The notes below the pieces were generated by a model that had not been told where the DNA came from, ran no database searches, and was given only the letters and a program-made list of their open reading frames with translations. A stretch of 63,705 nucleotides of DNA, filler included, from Platydemus manokwari (lineage: Eukaryota): NCBI GenBank assembly GCA_037951405.1. It is 6 parts of 6 records of this genome, joined end to end, with 100 filler letters (N's around TTAATTAATTAA, not from the genome) between each part and the next. Parts side by side here need not be neighbours in the genome. Positions count along the whole stretch, not along the records: positions 30,093 to 41,152 come from JBBMOY010941084.1; positions 41,253 to 54,845 come from JBBMOY011676956.1; 4 more parts are not named here. One strand, 5' to 3'. The position numbers and the translations under genes were made by a program. Positions 37,521 to 52,400 of this stretch are shown piece by piece (within the stretch, counting starts at the first letter, position 1; each line of letters begins with the position of its first letter).

Positions 37521-40500
37521 AAACAATGAAATTTCTTTGACTTGCCTATTAGCTAAAGATTTAATTTTTCTAATAATATTTTTATTAAATTAATGAATGT
37601 ATTTGCTGGATTTTGTTATTAAATTTAAATTTTAAACTGATCATTAGGGAATTCAATCTTTTGTAGAATGAGAGAACAATTGGCATTATTTTAATTGAAA
37701 ATCTAAAGGTGATTTTAAATGACGATATGGTCTATTAACACTGATTACTGATCAAACAAACTCAATATTATTTCTAAATAAGTAAATATATTAATTTCAA
37801 AAAGCATTATAATGTTGATGTTTAAAAATCAAAATCTTGAAGACTGATCATAATAAATTCTTTATTTATAACACAATTTTGAACACAAAACAGCAAAAAA
37901 TTATTGGTAAAATACGCAACTCGATACTTAGGTGAGTCGCCGCTAAATCCGTAAGTCGGATGGAGACCAGTTATGTAATGATTAAACAACAATTAAACAA
38001 AAGATGGTTATCAAAATGACTAATTTTAGCTTTAAAATACCGCAATGATAAAATGGTTTCAATTAAATTTGAAAAAAAATGAATGCAACCAAATCTAACT
38101 ACTTAGTGTAAATGTTCTCGCTTAGAAATCGTGATTAAAAAAAATTTCATTTCCAACGATTCGGCTTGTGCATAGGTTCCTTAGTGGTTTTTTTGTGGTT
38201 GTTTGATTTCAATTCATGTCTTTATTTAAGGTTTAATCTCAATCCATGAGAATTCACCATGTTTTATTCTTATTTTTACGAGAATTCGTCAGTGTTTTAT
38301 TTGCAAATTGTCAGCTTTATATATGACTTATTCTGTATTTTCTTATATTATTTTTTATAGATATTTTATTGTTACTAATTTTATAACTTTATTCTGTACT
38401 TAACCTTACGTTATTGCTTCATCTTATAATAATTATTACTACATTATTGATTTTATTATTATTAATATTAATATTATAATTAATGCTGTATTATTATTAT
38501 CCTTATTGTAAATTTTTTCTTACTACAATAATTTTTTCACAACTATATTAACTTTATGATTAAATCAGCAGAATTAATTGTCCGATTAATAAAAACCAAA
38601 TTAACCTACACAATGAAAACCAAAATTGTGTTGGGTTTTGTTGATTACGTCTGTTAATAAACGCAACAGCGTGAGTTCGCAATAATTAAGTTATGCATGT
38701 AGTTTTAAGTTAATAAATGAAACACAAATGAAAATTTACTTAAATTTTTTTTTGAATATTAAATTGCAAATTAATAATGCAGGTTGACTCAAACGTAAGT
38801 TTGCAACAAGTTTAGTTATCTTGATGAGATCGAAAGAACTTGACTATAACTTTAATGATTTTGATCTATGTTTTTAGAAATGAGCTAAATATATTATATA
38901 AAATTAAATTTATGTTTTTAGTCTATTGGTTAATTTTAAGTATTCTTATTATCATTAGCTTGAATTTATTACTGGTCCTAAAGGGCTTCAACAGCTAGCA
39001 TTGAAAACCACGTTATTTGCAAATATACTGACCCTCTCTAAAGGCTGTGAAAGCTAACTTCGATATATTGTGTGGATGAATGTTAATTATCTAAGTTTAA
39101 CGATGAAAAGACCAGCTTGTGTTTTGATAAAAGTTCTAAAATTATAATATCAATTAACAAATATTTCTTCACTGATCTCTGTGACTATAATTAATTGAAA
39201 ACTATAAAGATAGTTTTTCAGAAATTTATATTTATGAAATAAAATGCTAAAAAGAGAGGAAAATATAACAATAAAAATTTATGCAATGCTCAGTACGTCA
39301 CGAAAGCAAGTTGCTGAAAATCCGAAATCGGTCTGAGAAGAGGTCAGTTATATAGGAGATGTTCATTACGACGAATGCAATTATGAATTATATTTAATTA
39401 ATGATTAAATGAACATGGAATTAAGACCTTATAAAATAGAAATAAACTTCACTTCGCTTAATTTGAAAAATCTTTTGAACTCGAAATATATCCACTCGAA
39501 TGCTCAAACAATATATGATCGCTGAATGTCGAATATTCCGTTAATATGAATCAATAAAGCTGCCCTGTTTGATTCGAAAAATCTGATTATCGCAACTTTG
39601 ACTTAGGTTTTTGTGTATGTCTGGATCAACTATTACTTATGTATTTATGATGATCCAAACTTCCAACTACCTGCTCTTTCTGATAATTTACTGATTAATT
39701 ACGTGGATTTTCTTAACATGTTATCTCATTTATTGCTATTTTTCGATGTGTTTTTGTGTATTTTTTAATATGTTTATTTAACTTATCTTATGACCTTTTC
39801 CTGTACTATTATTTGTTTTTATATTATTATTAATTATAACTATTTGATCTTATTTAATCAACATATTGTTAGACAATAATATGTTGCACAATGAATTGAC
39901 AATTTATATTCAACACATTATCAATCATCGTTAAAAGATAACCAATTGTTGTCAGTAATTCAAGTTTCTTAATAATTCCTGGGTTATTGGCTTAATTATC
40001 CGCTCATGGCTTCTTCCACATCTATAGTCAGACTGTTGTATTGTTATGCATATTATTGCATTACATTATATTTCGATTGGAACATATTTGCAAAAATGAT
40101 GGTAGGAGATTCCAACATTTCTCTCTCTTTACGCACACACACACACACATATATATAATGAAAATGATTTACCAAAATTTAATAAGGTGGTTAGCCTATT
40201 TTAAAACATAATCACTGTCTATTCGATAGTTATTAAAGTGAGTTCGCTAAGATCTGTTTGAATTGATGATTAAATTCTACGTATGGACTGGGTATTTGGA
40301 TATATCTCTTTGGCTATGGGCATGGGTGATAGTCGAGTCTGAGGTTGCTCTGCTGCTCTTCCAACACATGATAAATTTAAATGTTATATAAAGTGATTTA
40401 ATAAAATTTAAAAGTTGAAATGATAACAGATAATTAAATAAAACAATTAAATTGTTATATCGGTAATTTAAAATATCTGCCACTTAATTTTATTTTTATA

Positions 40501-40717
40501 TGTATATGTGTAGACTTATTGATAAATATTTCTCTCTCAATTATTATTATTTATTTTTTCAATGAAATTCTCAATTAATATTTCAAATATATTCTCAATA
40601 TATAAAATTCAATTTTATTTAACTTATTGATTGAGAATCATTTTCCTTAATTTAATAATTAATAAATTAAATTTAAGTATAACAAAATTAAACAATTGAT
40701 AGTAATTTTTCAATTCA

Positions 40718-40931
40718 ATGGGTAAACCTATTTTTGACGAATTAACGAATATCAAGATTGGATTATCAATTTCCATGCTGTTAATTGTTTTGATATTGGT
40801 TCTTGGTCCATTTTATTTGATAAGAAATATTTTTAAAAGGAAATATGAAAATAATTATGAAAAAACCGTTACAATGGAAAGAGTTATGTCTGTTTTGAGT
40901 TGCTTTGCAGCTGGTGTTATTCTTACCACTG
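40718..40931 (+). CDS. First exon of a ZIP (SLC39A1-3-like) metal transporter; remainder lost at the contig end
   Basis: KIGLSISMLLIVLILVLGP (TM1) and SVLSCFAAGVILTT (cf. LSCFxGGVFLAT), followed by a G|GTAAGT donor at 40932. Confidence 0.75.
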
Positions 40932-41152
40932 GTAAGTTTTTTTTTATGATTTCATTGATATTAATATTAATTTTATGTTTTAAATTTCGGTTTATTAGAA
41001 ACACTGAATTTCGTATTTATTTTTTAGTTTGATTGTTTCTAAAATTTTTATAATTTTATTTCAAATTAATCAAATTTATAAAAGTATGAAATAATAAAAT
41101 CTGTTACAAAATAAATCTATCGAGAGAAATATCATGATAGAGAATAGTTGTG

Positions 41153-41252
41153 NNNNNNNNNNNNNNNNNNNNNNNNNNNNNNNNNNNNNNNNNNNNTTAA
41201 TTAATTAANNNNNNNNNNNNNNNNNNNNNNNNNNNNNNNNNNNNNNNNNNNN
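41153..41252. other. Artificial contig linker
   Basis: N44-TTAATTAATTAA-N44. Confidence 0.97.
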
Positions 41253-41430
41253 TCTAGTTTTATTTTTAGATTAATTTTTTGACTAATTTATATAATCTTT
41301 TATTTTTAGAAAAATGATTAATCCTTGATATTTTCTAATTAGGTTGTTGTGTTAATTTTAATTAATTATTGTAATTATTGTTATTTCTATTCTCGTTTAT
41401 TATCATGTATTAATTTTTCTATTATCATGT

Positions 41431-41509
41431 TATTGTTATTCTATTATATTATTATTGTCATGTGTCATGTATTGTTATTCTATTATATTATTATTGTCAT
41501 GTGTCATGT
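41431..41509 (+). repeat. Tandem duplication, ~39-bp unit x2
   Basis: (TATTGTTATTCTATTATATTATTATTGTCATGTGTCATG)x2. Confidence 0.85.
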
Positions 41510-42739
41510 TATATCCCAACAATAAGAGATCTATATCTTCAAACCGGACTGCAGCACTTCCTAAAACCACGGACAAGATATGCAAAGATAGACCTCAACT
41601 TGCTCAAATTATTCTCACCGCAAGTCTCAATCCTTCTTCTACATGACTTCCTGAATCATACTAATACACCTAATATATTGTATTCGATGTATAACGTATT
41701 TTGTTAAAAATTATAATTTAGAAATTAATAGAAATTTTTAATGAAAATAAACTCAAAAATAAAGTAAAAATAAATCGGACAACAAAAATAATAAATAGCT
41801 TGTCCAAAAAAGTAATAATAGCAAAAATAAAATTAACTAATATAAATTTTAGAATTTGTTTAAGTAAGCTAATAATATATAGAAATTCCAAAATTAATTC
41901 TAATAGTCTAAAAATAATAGAATTTATTAAATAGAATTATTTAAATAGTTGGAATTAAATTTTTGGAAAAATAAAATAATTTTAATTTCTAATTGGAAAA
42001 ATAAAAACATTTTAAATTTCTAAAGCAAATTTTCCACTTCTAAAATAGTATAAATAGGCACCAAAAATAATTAATTTTCGCTCACTAAAATCCTAACGAA
42101 AAAACGTAGAAATCTGAAAATAAAGATCTGAACGAATAAAACTTAAAATCTTGGAGAGAATAATTACGAAAAAACAGAAAAACTGCCCACGATTATATTA
42201 GTATCAAGAAGACGAATTCACAAGCTCCAAAAGGATCATAAACTTCAACTCCAGAACAATTGGCAATATTGAATTTTATGTTTGAAAGGCACTATTTCAA
42301 AAGTGCGACGCTTGAAGAAACAACGTCAGACATATTTTAAATTCTATATTTTTTAAAATCATTATCTATAGGTCGTTTCGTTAAATTCGAATCGGCCACT
42401 TACATACCATAAATTGTACGAGTTAAAGTCTTGTTTGTGAAAAATAATTAAATTGTTGTTGATCCGGTTTATAAATAATCATTTAAAATAATCAATTGTA
42501 ATTTATCTGGAAAGCTTGTAATTGTATTGATTTTCAATAGCGAACTATTTTTATAAAAGCGTCTTCGGTTTGGTTTATTATTTAATAATTGTTTTTCGAA
42601 TCCATATAGTTGTGAACCTAATCAATAGTATAGTTTTTACGACTGATAATCGAGAGAGTTGATTTGAATTTAAATAAGATCAACTTCAAAGAACTCACTG
42701 ATGTTGGAAACAATAACTTATAAGCCCTAAAACCCAACA

Positions 42740-42945
42740 GTAGGGTCTTCCAGTAAAATACTGGACAATAGGGAATCCTGATCTTTGACACTGGATGGTT
42801 TTGAATGCAAAACAAAGTATCTTAACTCGTAAATAACAATTGATGTAACGTGTAACTGTGTCTTCAATAATGTGTTAGTGTATCTGTGTTAATTGCGACT
42901 GCTGTCCTATATAGGCAGTGATGAATCACTCGTAGATATTCTCGT
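42740..42945 (-). repeat. Partial copy of the palindromic LTR-like family
   Basis: CTGTCCTATATAGGCAGTGATGAATCACTCGTAGATATTCTC matches 18053-18094, and GGGTCTTCCAGTAAAATACTGGACA matches 17871-17895. Confidence 0.75.
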
Positions 42946-44876
42946 ATGAAATATCTTTTAGATTTCATATAAATATCTATATGTTACAATTCTTCAATTT
43001 GAACTTCTGGAATTATTGATTGTGAAAAGAGAGAATCAGTTATTAAATAACAATTTTTAATATCTTTCATAAATCCAATGTTACCAAGCAACGATCAAAT
43101 TGATTGGAGACAGCAAAACGATTTAAATTTTGATCTTATATGATATTTCAAAGATGGAAAAAATTATCTTTAATTCATATTTTGATGCGGTTAAAAAGAT
43201 TAATACGACGAAAAGACGATAAGCAAATCAAGAAATTGATCTTATAGAATTTGACAAAAACAGAAATCGAATTAAAAAATGAAATTGAGGAATAAAAATT
43301 CTTAAGAAAAGAAAATTTCTCATATTGAATCTTTTCTGTAAGTTATTTCTTCGATAATGAAATATCATGTTCTATTGTAATATACTGTGATTTTCTAATT
43401 GACTCTAGCAGTTTTATCAATAAATTAAAGCACTGAGAACAAAACACTCTTCTAATAATGGGTAGAAATCTTAGTTAAATTTAAAGGTTATAATTTTTTA
43501 TTTCTCATGATTCATTAAAATAAATCGCTCCGAATAAAATACATGCAATGAAGCATTACAAAAAATCAAAAATGGATTTTGATATAGTTAGATCTTAAAA
43601 CATTAAAATCATCCCCATATAGGTCAGTTTACCTTTTGCACACAAACACGCACGCATATGCAGGTGTGTCTGATATTATTAGTAAATGTGAGAGTTAATC
43701 GATGAAACCGATATGTAAATATATATTTATAAAGGAATATTTTCAATTGTGCAACTGTATACAACAAACTGAATCCGATATTGATACTCAGAGAAGAGCG
43801 GAAGGAATAAAGAATTATATTTTATAAAATCCAATGGTTTTCTTTAAGCAATTTGACGGCGTCAAAATTAAATTTTTGTTTATTCTTTCAAAAGAACAGA
43901 TAAAAAAGTAATGAAAGCAAGGCTTATTTGGGAGAGATAAAAAGTAAATAAACTCAAAAATGTCGCCAAATGTTTATGCTTTATACTACTCGTTCATTCA
44001 CACGTGTGAGATAATTTTATAAAAATTTGATAATGAGGAAAAGATAGCAAACGTAACAGATGTAATAATTGCATTACATAATAGAAAAATATTCGTTATG
44101 TTTGATAAGAGTGCATTTAGTACAAAAACCAAAGTCGAATAAATAGTCCATCAAAATGAAAAACATTTATTAAAAATCTTTAACACAAAGTTGAAGATTT
44201 ATGGCAAGAACACGGTAAAATAATTTTGTAGTTTAAATAACAAATTATTATTATCAATATTATATCACAATATATACTACTGGACTGTAATCAGTAGCTT
44301 CGCTATATTAAAAATTTTTAAATTAAACTCTCAATATTTATTATTCATACAGATCAAATATTCTCAATAATAATAAGCTGCAAAAAATTTCAATAAATTA
44401 AACAAATAAATTATTGATAATCAATAGAAAAACTCACGGAAAACCAATGATAATCAAAATTCGTTTTTCGAATCAATAAACTATTTCATTCAGTCAGTAT
44501 CTTATGCACATCAAAATCTTACATCGATTATTTTACAGCGACCATTCAATTTTTGTGAAAAATTTTTTTAAAAAAAAATCGATAAATATTTCCCCGTTTA
44601 TAGGTTTTTAATTAATATTTCCATCGAAGAAAAGACAATATTTTATAAATGTATAGATCTTGGAGAGAGCGAGAGAGAGAGAGAAAATAACTAATGATGA
44701 AAAAGATTTGAAAAAATCAAAATCGATAAATTGACAATAATATAAAAAAGTAGTCAAAATTATCGCAGAAAAACTTGTCAAATAAATCAAAAATTATTGA
44801 ATTGCAATGGTACTGGTAAAAAAATCACTGGGATTATGCTGATAAAAATGGTATAATGAAGTTGAGGAGTTTCCTG

Positions 44877-47800
44877 TTAACATTGTTTATCGCGCATCTC
44901 TCGAAAGAGACGATTTTTACTGAATGCATCACCGGACAACAATCGGGAAATATTGTTATCCATATCTCCTACAAAAAAGGCATATCGATGAATATTGATT
45001 TGTTTTCAATGAATCTGGAATTTACCTTTCTTACCACCGACATTAGAATTTGATACCATGTTCTAGAAATAAAATTATAATAAATTATTATATGATAATC
45101 AATAATTATATTGTAATCATCTCTCAATTATTATCATTATATTTATTGAAAATATAAAAATAAACATTAAAAAAAGAAATTGAACTCAATCGGAACAAAT
45201 CTAAAAGGATCAGGGGTAGGCTAAAGTGAAGCTAAGCTGAATCTGATAACAATTTATTGATAAAAAGAGTTATAGTTGTCTTAGTATCATTATTTCCTCA
45301 CTATTTCGTTTTATTTATAATAATAATATTGTTTGAAAATGACATGTCAATGAAGAGATTGAGTAACAAATAATGATTAAGTAATTATTCGAATTCATTC
45401 AAAAACAATGATTGGATGGAAAAAATTAGGTCAAATCAGCATTTGATAAATTGCTTATATAAAGGCTTGTTAGATCACCATAGCAACATTTCCATCCCCC
45501 AACACAACCAAATTAACATCGATTAAACAAAGGAAATCAAATGAATCTTATTATTCACAAACCGATTTCATTATTCATTAGTGAAATTCATTGATAATAG
45601 ATACGAAAATCGATTTTCACGCCATACCATTGTGATAATAATGATAAAGTCAACAAAACGATAAAAAAATGCCAGAAAACAATGAAATAATTATACGAAT
45701 ACATTTTTATCGAAAATTAAATTCATATTTGAAATTCGTATGTGTGAAAATATGAAATTCACCTAAAAAACAAAATATATATTACTCTATAATTGTAAGT
45801 AGATTATAAAATGTAACAATATTATTATGAAATTCAAAAAACTACTCATGAATAATTTAAATAAGATGATTAAATAACTATTGAATGAAAAATCTGACAA
45901 ACTGAAAACGAAAATATCATCGAAATCAAGATGTGATCAATAAATGTTAATCCAAGCCCATATTTAGAAAATATTAACTCTATCTTAATAATATTTCAAA
46001 TATATGTAAACAAATTCTCTCCAATTGTCATATTGTTCACGTAATCAACCATTCTGAAACTTCTTATAGAGATTTTTGTAATTTTCTACCACAAAACATT
46101 GTTTTCAAAGGGCTAATTTATTTCAGTTAACATGGTATTTTTTCGTCGTGAAATTGAGATAATTCCAATGTCTGAAACGATCCCAATATATAATTGACAC
46201 AATAAAATAAATAATTTCTCTCAATGTGCGATTTTCTTGCCAAATCACAACTATAAAACGTTAATCAATTCATAGAAATTATCTTGATCAATTCAGTAAC
46301 AACTTTCAGATAAGACAAATCACTTTTCTGCCGACATGGTGAGGATTAGTGTTGTAGTGGTGTAAATTATATCCATATAGTTATTGGCAATGATAATCAT
46401 TTATTTACTTCGTAATGTGGACAAACATACAAATCAAATTATTCTTAAATCAGATTTCTACTGGAGAACACATTGAAGGTTTTAACAAAAACAAAATAAA
46501 CATGAAAAAATTAATAAAGAAATTATTGATGAATTTATCCATGATTTATCGAACAGCGCGATATAGAAACACTAATGAATAAATGCGCATTAATGAACTT
46601 TGTCACTTACTAATTATGAGTAGAGGAATCTTGAGACAAAGTATAACCGGATTAGTAAACGATGAGTTTATTGGAAACTTGTCGAAACAATAAGCGTTGT
46701 TATTAGTTTATCATTTTGATAATTGTGTTTACTTTTTATAAACAATTAAATGCATTAGGAAGTATGAAGTTAACATATTATTTTATACTTTACCATTAAT
46801 AATATAATAATAATGCTAATAATTATTGAAAAATTCAATAGATTAATAATAATGCCAATACAATACCACAATAATATGAATCATCAATAATAACTTATAT
46901 TAATAATTAAATTAAACGATACTCATATATAAAAATCAATAATAATAATAATAAATCGATATTAAACTATCATCATCACGATTTAATATTTTCATAAAAC
47001 AAGCTATTTTCAAGAAGACAATCAAGACAGACAAGCACCATCAACAACACAATCTCACATTCACAGACAAAATCATTAACCTCACATTAAGGGATCCAAA
47101 AAATAAAAGGTCCAATTTTTCAAGCAAATGTTTTGGAAAATTAATTAGTGATCTTTCCATTCATTGATCAGAATGACTATTTATTACGATAGAAAATCAG
47201 TTGTGTTTATATTGGGAAATAAGCGACCGAAATGTATTTAAGATTCAAATCACGTTGAGACAAATGCGGGATAAAAATTGGCAGATATTTTGTACTTGAT
47301 CTAAAATTGATAACAACACACCAACAAGCGCACCTACACAATATATCAATATGAATATATAAATATTATAGATTTATTGTTGATTCGACGATATTATGGT
47401 TAAGAAATATGGATCGGTTGATCAATTGATGTGTAAAAATGTATAGACCAAATATTAATGTCAATTCCCGACACAAATACAAGAATGAATTCAAAAATCA
47501 ATCTCCTAAAACCAAATTTTGCAATGTTGCTATTTTGTGCCATTCACCATCACTAATCCAATCGATGACCAATAGCGATATATTTGGCACAGATCCAAAA
47601 TATTATCATCATACATACATGTATCCATGTATTAGATCAAGTGATTTTCGGATTCGTTCTATAATTCCATTTCGAACATCATCTTTGACCGTAAACATGA
47701 CAAGCATATTTTATCCGTGACGCAAATATTAATTATAAATAATAACTATTTTGTTAGTAATATATTATCATTAAGAATTTGATTTGGAATTTATGCACGT

Positions 47801-49374
47801 AAGATAATGAGCAATTTTTCAATAAATAAAAAGCTTCGAGAAAAATCAATGAATTCATTAAAACAATAAATTATTTTCTCCACACTTATATAATGATAAT
47901 AATAACGTAATAATAATCTTGCCAATGATTTCAATTAAATTTATAATTTTTCAACCTTTGAATAGATATTTAACCCTTTACAAATGACCAGTTCATCGCC
48001 TAACGTCATACCTTATAATTACATGTAAACAAAATTCGCAAAAATGTTGAAAAACATTCAAATTCTTAACTTTTACTTTATTTGCAGTATTTGCACATTT
48101 AAATAGGCGATCTGGTAAAAGTGGTGTGTACGAATTAACATCAATGTTTGACCATTGGATTAATGACAATGTCTTTTCTAGTTTTAATTTAGTCATCCAT
48201 TTCTATGGGACTAAGACAAGCAACTGATTTATTGAAAGAAAACAATGAAGTGTGTTACTGAACAGAAAAAACTGTTAAAGATGAAGTCACTTTTTTGTCT
48301 AATTTGAAACGAGTTGAGTAGATCGAGTTCCTCTTAGTCAACCAACGTAAAGCCACAGATTGCCAAGGAAAATTGACTAAAAACTACTGTTCTAGTTGAT
48401 TTAAAGGAAACTTTCAAAATTAAAAGTCAAGAGTTAAGGATTGGTTAATTTTGAATTCATTGGTGCGCGAATTATGGAATGGTGGATTCCATGGTCTCCC
48501 TGATATAGGTAAATATAGAAAAAACTCCGAAACCGATAAATCGATGAATTATTTATTAAGATTATAATTGGCAAGGTCAGAACAATTTTGTAATGATGAT
48601 AGGGTTGCAAAAAGATCAATAATGGAAAACAAAATGATAAAAAACATATATTTTATTTGCTTGAATATCTACTGCTACTCTGATACAAGCTACTTTGTTA
48701 GACCTTTTTTGATTTTCTAGAATAATTATCAACGATTAATAAAACGGTTAATGATATTAGTAAACATTCAGATTCAATGTTCTTCAACATGTCCAATAAT
48801 TTGGTAACAATATCAATAAAAACCCTCTTATCTCAATGAAAACAACAATTCACATGATTGATGTGCACTGATATATTCTATTAAGGTATTTAAAATGGAA
48901 ATAATAATAAATATCTCCACACAGAAATAATTACAAATCAAAATACAGATTAGGAAATATGTAGGTCCTTCTCTGCAGTTACAAACAACATTGTCGCGAT
49001 TTCATTTATTGTTATTATGGAAGAATAATACTTCATACAAGATAGGAGTATAAATATAAAAATGGTAATAGTTTATTGAAGAGTATCGAAATATGATATG
49101 GTATAATCAATGTAAATAATGTTTAAATAACTTTTACATGACCATGTGGTACTAGAAGTATGTTGAGACACAAAAAACTGAAGGTCAGGTAATAACAACT
49201 TCAAAAGAACACCTTATTATAATGTGCCAATTATGGCATTCTACAAAGTATGGATTGATATCATTTTTGATTGATTCTTATTATTTTACATGATATCAGG
49301 GGTTTAGAGATAAAAACAAAGTGAACTTAAACAAATCCATTGGTCGAATATGGATAAAAATTGGAAAAAGTACC

Positions 49375-49407
<33 letters not shown>

Positions 49408-52400
49408 TTCGATACTCTTCAATAAACTATTACCATTTTTATACTTATACTACTATCTTGAATGAAGATCTCCGAGATCATCCAATATATATCACACGAC
49501 AATTACACACTTTCACTTACAGCTTTTTCGTGGTGGTTGCTTGTTGTAATTGTATTTCAGTTTCACATCAACATACCCCCTTATGATATGTTTGTTTTAA
49601 TAAATGAAACCTTGTAAATCTTTATATGTATAAGGGTAATCAATCAATAGAATACATTTCAACGTATATTAGACGAAAATAATTGTTACTGCGGGAAACA
49701 TCTTGAGAAAATATGGACAATTAAAAATATAATCACACACTGTGACCATTAAACAAATCTATCAACAGATCTCGAATTGAGAAACATATTCGAGCAATAA
49801 TTGTGATTGAAACAATAGATTGGAAATTTTTATGGATTTTTTCTAAAATATCTAAAACCTGCCTTGCGATTGTTTTTCCTTTCCTCCATCACCATTCTTC
49901 TTTCACGATCATTGAGCACGGATCGCCACGTCGTATCCAAATCGGACAAGAATATAGCGAGTTCTGTGAATAATTTCTGAGTACTATCTTCGGTTTCAGA
50001 ATTAGATAGTGATGGAATGTTTTCACCAAGGAAAATGTGACATTTATCAATGTCAACTTTGATTGAGCTTTGCAATTTCGATAATCGTTCATGATCATCA
50101 CAGATCGATGGATATAATTTATCGGCAACTTCGAGAAAATTATCTTCAGGAATCTATCGGTAAAAAAAATCATTAAAATATGGTAATAATATATTAAGTT
50201 TAAATGATAAGGATACTGTAATTGATATACTTATTTATACTAGTGATAGATGATATTTTTATATTAGTAATATCAGTTATTGAACACAGGTTCCACATAT
50301 AAAAGATATTTATATCATTCGTGAACATTCAACTATTTTCGTTAACTGAATGAAATGGCCTTGATCTTTAAATCTGTCGGTAAAATCGTGATTCATGGAT
50401 TTGTTATTAAGGGATCTTAAAAATATTCTGTTAGCTAATATCAAGAAAAACATCATCATTACACTCTCATCACCTTCATCAATATTCTATCAGCGAATAC
50501 TAGAGATACACATATATACCTGTCACTTGTCTGTCATAGATTTCAGTTAATCGAACACCGTGAAGTGAAAAAGAAATATATCAATATTTTCAATCACGAT
50601 CATTATCCGTGTGATTATAGACAGACAAAAAAATCTGAATATTTAAAACAAAGGAAAGACAAAGGTTAGAAAAAAAGAACTGAAAATTGATAAAAATGAG
50701 AGCTCAATTATTGAACACAATACTTTCCACTCATTAATAAAGAACACCGGGTCTAACCCAATATGTCACAGCACTCTCAACTTCGCTCTAATATATTCTA
50801 TATAAATCGTGATCTTTAAATATAAACAATAATAATATGATAATAATTTGTTTCAATTCTGATAAACTTATTTCATATTTTATTGATCTTTATAAACATG
50901 ATAAATCCACAAGTTTAGTGATGATCTCCTGTCGAAAACTGTTACAATAATATATTAATATTATAATAATACATCATAAAATGAAAGGAATTTCTGTCAA
51001 ATAATAATCCAAACATCACACCGAAATAGATCAACAATCACAATGGATTCCTCAATCTATTTCCATTGATCATTTATGGATATAATTGTAATTATCTTTC
51101 AATCATTTGTCAACACAAATCTCATTTGCTACCATCAATGATTCCATTCCAAGTCAAAAGTTCCAAAAATAAAAGATTCTAATAAATGACCAAAGCAGTT
51201 CACATTTTTGACCTAACATTCAATACATACGAGATATAATTACTGTCGGTTATTTGATTGAAAACAACTTTCTAATCAATCTAATGTCTAGCGTATAAAA
51301 TAGAAAACCTTTGATTAGCTTTGATAAATATAACTATCCGAACAGTTAGATTAAAAATTCTCATTTGTTTAAATTAGTTGTGTAGAAAATTAACGAAAAA
51401 ATCACCAATCAAATGATCAAAAACCTATCAATCATTATGATGACAATATTTATATGATCATGAAACAGAAATTTAGGACGCATGGAAATATTTTGATGTC
51501 TAGCTTTTGAGTTGAAAATATTATTAATAATGATATAAATATTGAAAATATTAGATTAGGCGCACTATATATTATATTGATATACAATCAAAAATCAAAT
51601 CCACAAATATTTTATAATGAAATGAATTTGTTTAAATCTAAAGGATATTATTTTTAACAAGAAAAATCCCAAAGTAACTCCTAGGTGATGTTGCTGTAAT
51701 TTAATTGAAATAAAATGTATATTAAATTTAAAAATATTAATGGTGCATATGGAACTGATGACGTCATCATATGGGAAAACACAACAAATATTAGACTCTG
51801 TCGATAAATGTCATGAAATAGATATTGATTATTATTATTATGGTAAGTAAGGTACATTGGTGATTATATAAAATATTCATGAAAGGAGTTTAAATTATAT
51901 CATTTTGTGAATGAGTTGAATAACAATTTTATAAAATAAAGAGCAATGTATAAAATACATACATATATATCGATAGATGTGTAGAATAAGCACTCAAATG
52001 CTACAAAGCAAAGTAAAAGATGAGCGTAAAATAAACAGCGAACTGTTGTTAATGGATTATAGGAAATATGAATTCCATATTTTAAAATCTGTTAATATTA
52101 TTCCAGTTACAATCGTGAGATTTCCGCCAATTGTGAGAAACTGGTAAAGAAATTAATTTTATAAAACTCATAAACAAAAATGAGACTATTGTCCAGCGGA
52201 AATATAATCCATCAATATTAATTGGTGAAAGCTATGATTGATCCATCACTGATAGATAAATAATTTTGAACAATATTCAAGACGATTTAATAGAAACAGA
52301 TAGCGTGAATACAAATGGAACAATTTAATAATATAATGATAGCTGAAGGGGAAAAAATTCTAAAAAACAATCTTCTGTTGCTCATGTTGTTTATATAAAT

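Noticed and set aside
38900-39700. Penelope GIY-YIG-like fragments (SYIG, NEH)
   Set aside because: Motifs too short and degenerate to support a call.
41462-41707. 81-aa ORF resembling a LINE ORF2 C-terminus
   Set aside because: Partly built from a tandem duplication, and there are no diagnostic RT motifs.
51755-51780. Hammerhead-like CTGATGA...GAAA (a similar case near 38820)
   Set aside because: No convincing stems I-III or NUH cleavage site.
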